The notes below the pieces were generated by a model. It searched no databases, was not told the origin of the DNA, and saw only the letters and a list, made by a program, of their open reading frames with translations. 64,000 nt of DNA, taken from Candidatus Latescibacterota bacterium. Its GTDB lineage: Bacteria > Latescibacterota > UBA2968 > GCA-2709665. This document shows, one piece after another, positions 60,913-64,000 of the stretch (its first letter is position 1; every line of letters starts with the position of its first letter). The stretch spans positions 3,072,001-3,136,000 of the forward strand of contig OZ244744.1 of the NCBI GenBank assembly GCA_965219455.1, in the 5' to 3' direction. The position numbers and the translations under genes were made by a program.

Positions 60913-62297
60913 GCCCGGAATACGACGTCCTCGTCCAGTGGAAACACAGACCGCCGGATCCGTTCATAGGGCAACGTCTCCAGCGCGAGGGTCGTACACC
61001 CAGGGCTGATCGCCATTATGGCCGTCCCTGCTATCTCCCGCAGTTCGGGTGCGAGATATCCGTGTTTCACAACCACGATCTCGTGTTCCGAGGGATTCAC
61101 GTTCGCCATTTCAAAGCTTCGCAGATCCAGGAACGGCATGCGGTCGGCCGTTAGAACCACCCTTACGCCACCCACCTGGAACACGACAATCCGCGGCGGA
61201 TTCATCGAGATTACGCGGCCGGTGACCTCCAGAGGAAATCCGTTGACCCTGTCGAGCTTGCCGCCCACCGTCAGGGTCAGCTCGGCGCCTGTTCCCGCTT
61301 CGATACATCGCGCCACGGACTCGGCATCGGCGATCCCCGCCACAACCGCATCTCTGGCGCCGGCCTCAAGCAGCGTCTTCAGGACCAGGGTGACATCGCC
61401 CGCCGCGCCGGCCGTCACATTGTCTCCCGAGTCGGAAACAAACACGGGGTGCCGGGTCTCGCGGACGGCACACCTTATGACATCTTCCACCGGCATCGTC
61501 CGCACATCCGGCGCGAATCGCTCACGCGTTCGCCAGATTTCCAGCGCCAGGCGTTCAGCGTGTTCCCCGGCTACCGACCGATTCTCCGAAACCACAATTG
61601 TGGCCACGGACGTAAAGGGCGAATCCGTCCACGCGCACCCGATCATAATCGACGCGTCAATAACCTCGGGCCGCGCTTCCAGCGTCTGAAGTCCGCTGTA
61701 AAGGGACCGTGCGGGTTCCACTCCCGTTGCCGCGTGTTCACCCGGAAGCAGCATGGGCAGTCTGACAATGGCATTAACGGGGCGGAGATTCTCTCTCACA
61801 CAGCGGATGAGATGTCCAATTGCCCGCCTTTGCGTCTCGGTTCGGTCCACGTGGGGCGCGGTCCTCAGCGCCGTCAGCACATCGGTCTTCTCCACGACCT
61901 CGGGCGCGAGATTGGCGTGCAGGTCCAGACTGGCGACGATCGGAATATCGCCGCCTACCGTCTCGCGCACACGGCAAACCAGGTCGCGTTCGCCGTCGCC
62001 CACGCCTTCCACCTCCATTGCGCCGTGCAAATCCAGGTACACGCCGTCCACCGGCGATGCCCGACGCAAGCGATCCACCAACTCGGCCGCCATCGACTCG
62101 TACGTGTCCCGGAGAACGAGCCCATGGGGCTGCGCCCTGGCAACCAGCGTCGGCGCCCATTCAACGTTGTCAAACGCCTGCCAGGGTCTATCAGCCAGAA
62201 TCTCGTTCCCGCGCAAGACGTGAAAATCCTCGATTCCAGCCCGTAACGCCGAAAATGTGTTCGTTTCATGCCTGATTCCGCAGATCGCCAGCCGCAT
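60909..62297 (-). CDS. M81 (MlrC-like) metallopeptidase
   Basis: 'HETNTFS', 'LDLHGAM', 'SLDLHAN', 'RTAPHVD', 'SDSGDNVTAGAAGD'. Confidence 0.9.
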   Translation of the reverse strand: MRLAICGIRHETNTFSALRAGIEDFHVLRGNEILADRPWQAFDNVEWAPTLVARAQPHGLVLRDTYESMAAELVDRLRRASPVDGVYLDLHGAMEVEGVGDGERDLVCRVRETVGGDIPIVASLDLHANLAPEVVEKTDVLTALRTAPHVDRTETQRRAIGHLIRCVRENLRPVNAIVRLPMLLPGEHAATGVEPARSLYSGLQTLEARPEVIDASIMIGCAWTDSPFTSVATIVVSENRSVAGEHAERLALEIWRTRERFAPDVRTMPVEDVIRCAVRETRHPVFVSDSGDNVTAGAAGDVTLVLKTLLEAGARDAVVAGIADAESVARCIEAGTGAELTLTVGGKLDRVNGFPLEVTGRVISMNPPRIVVFQVGGVRVVLTADRMPFLDLRSFEMANVNPSEHEIVVVKHGYLAPELREIAGTAIMAISPGCTTLALETLPYERIRRSVFPLDEDVVFRA

Positions 62298-62368
62298 TTC
62301 ACAATTTCCCATTCATTGACCCGTGGGTACGGACCATCGACCATCTTGCCGGTATTCCATCCCTGACG

Positions 62369-64000
62369 TCAAATGCGCACCACCTGTTCCGCTTCGATCT
62401 GCAAGATCCGTACTCTCCGGTCTTTCAGAACGCTCGCCTCCACCCTTCGTCCCGCTTCATTGGTGATATACGCGCCGCCGGCAGGGACCGCTTCGATCCG
62501 AATATCCCCATCGGTCCGGACCTTCATCACTTCCCTCGCGTAGACGGCCTCTCCGCCCTCGATGGGCATGGCATACTCGACGCGCTGTCCTGTAACGCGC
62601 GTTGTGCTTCCAAAAACCGGTACCGGATTCCCGACTCCGGTCTCAAACGCGCATATCTTCCGCTTCGATCCGAAATTGCCGGCGCACAGATATCCGTCCA
62701 CAATCAGACAGACTGTATCTTCCGGGGATTCGGCTATTGTCAGGAACTGGGCCGGCGTTTCCTCGTGCGGCTGCTCGGGACAAATCAGCAAGGCGAGCGC
62801 GCCCACCCGCTCGCCCGCGCGGTATGCCTTCGCCGTGTCGTCCAGGCTCAGGAACAGATCGTCGGCGACCGCCCTGAAGGCAAAGGGCGGGAAATAGTGA
62901 CGGTTCAGATAGCGGGTTCCGCCCGTCCCCTGGAACACAATCCCCAGCTGATCGTCCACGTTCAACCAGCCCGGGTCGCGCATATCAAACACGACGTCGT
63001 CGTCGGGGTCATTGCTCGGAAACCCGGGAAACGTCTCCTTTCCGTGCGGATGATAGAGAATACGCTTTCCATCGCACACCCCGCCAACCAGCGGGAAGTT
63101 TTCGTTGACGACCCTGATGAATCCCTGATCCAATTTCTCCACCGTGCAATCCCGAAGCGCCTCGAGTCGTTCACTGCAAACCATGCGTCCATCCGGAAGC
63201 GAGCAACACAGCACGCGCTGGCGAATCGTATCCTGGGCCCGGTCGTTTTCCATCAGCGCCGCGAACCCGTCGTCCTTACGATTGATCCACATGACACGAA
63301 GATTGTGGCTGCCGGGCCGATCCTTTACCGTTACGTTGGCCAGCAGACTCCACCGGCTGGGTCCCACCGTATGCACGCCGTCGCGGGTAAACGGCAGCGC
63401 CATCACGTAGTTTCGCCAGGAAAGGGAAGTCTGCCCCTTCTGGTGTCGATGATGCACAAATCCCGAATGCGGGAACAACCGGACACCGTTGAACTTTGTT
63501 GCAATCTCCGCTTCGGGCGTCGGCGCCGGCGCCTCTCCATCCATCAACCGATGCAGAAGGTAGGGTTTCACGATCCCTTCGATCATCTCCGACTCCTTGA
63601 TTTCCATGGGATCTTCCACCTCGTGGCACGTGGCCGCAACGTCGGGATCGATCAACCGCCCTCCGTTTCCTTCCTGTTTTCTCTCTCGAAGCGCCAGCGA
63701 TACCTCCTCGAAGTACCCGGCATCCGGATCCTTCAGAAACAGGTATGCCGAAGCGTGCAACGCGTGTTGTTCCCCGAGATAAAGGCGGTCCATCCCCTGT
63801 GTCGGCATCGCCGATCCCGTTTCATCCGTCAGCAGCTTGATCGCATCGTAGACCCGCTGACGGTTCCAGTAGGCCTCCTGCGGTTCGGTCCGTCCGTACA
63901 TGCGGTAGAGCAACCCCAGACCGGCCACCGACTGCACGCCGGAGGCGGTGTAACCGGGGTGGACCATACCGTGGTTCTCGGCCATGTAGTCCGGCAGCGT
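62369..64000 (-). CDS. Paralogue of 55012-57429 (5' end beyond window)
   Basis: 'TLPDYMAENHGMVHPGY', 'YWNRQRVY', 'QTSLSWRN', 'YLNRHYF' shared. Confidence 0.7.
   Translation of the reverse strand, partial: TLPDYMAENHGMVHPGYTASGVQSVAGLGLLYRMYGRTEPQEAYWNRQRVYDAIKLLTDETGSAMPTQGMDRLYLGEQHALHASAYLFLKDPDAGYFEEVSLALRERKQEGNGGRLIDPDVAATCHEVEDPMEIKESEMIEGIVKPYLLHRLMDGEAPAPTPEAEIATKFNGVRLFPHSGFVHHRHQKGQTSLSWRNYVMALPFTRDGVHTVGPSRWSLLANVTVKDRPGSHNLRVMWINRKDDGFAALMENDRAQDTIRQRVLCCSLPDGRMVCSERLEALRDCTVEKLDQGFIRVVNENFPLVGGVCDGKRILYHPHGKETFPGFPSNDPDDDVVFDMRDPGWLNVDDQLGIVFQGTGGTRYLNRHYFPPFAFRAVADDLFLSLDDTAKAYRAGERVGALALLICPEQPHEETPAQFLTIAESPEDTVCLIVDGYLCAGNFGSKRKICAFETGVGNPVPVFGSTTRVTGQRVEYAMPIEGGEAVYAREVMKVRTDGDIRIEAVPAGGAYITNEAGRRVEASVLKDRRVRILQIEAEQVVRI

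Overview
This is a GC-rich bacterial window. Its gene content (EF-hand/dockerin-like 'GDFD..VDFADFL' domain, several PhyH dioxygenases, sterol-enzyme homologues, heparinase/GH genes) resembles sponge-associated Latescibacterota/Poribacteria-type genomes; that assignment is inference only. It contains transport and catabolic genes, katG/bcp, an intact IS1380 that splits an ERG4/ERG24-family gene, and many IS remnants and MITE/REP repeats. It also contains a mosaic segmental duplication (about 35.5-45.1 kb) and a carbohydrate-lyase-like cluster (51.3-64 kb). The most notable locus is a ubiquitin-like conjugation island at 46.8-51.1 kb: Ubl - E2-like - JAB/E1 fusion - HTH, plus a convergent papain/C39-like protease and a small partner gene. 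Its Ubl ends in ...AADDNS with no C-terminal Gly, its E2 has an SRR motif instead of Cys, and its E1 lacks the usual catalytic Cys. Two genes that the ORF track splits or truncates look like selenoproteins (in-frame TGA plus SECIS-like hairpin): a UGSC-family protein and a peroxiredoxin-like protein. An AbiE-like toxin gene appears frameshifted in a CG repeat and is followed by a decayed PHP-ATPase start. No rRNA, tRNA or CRISPR array was seen. All family calls come from motif recognition by eye; no database search was run.
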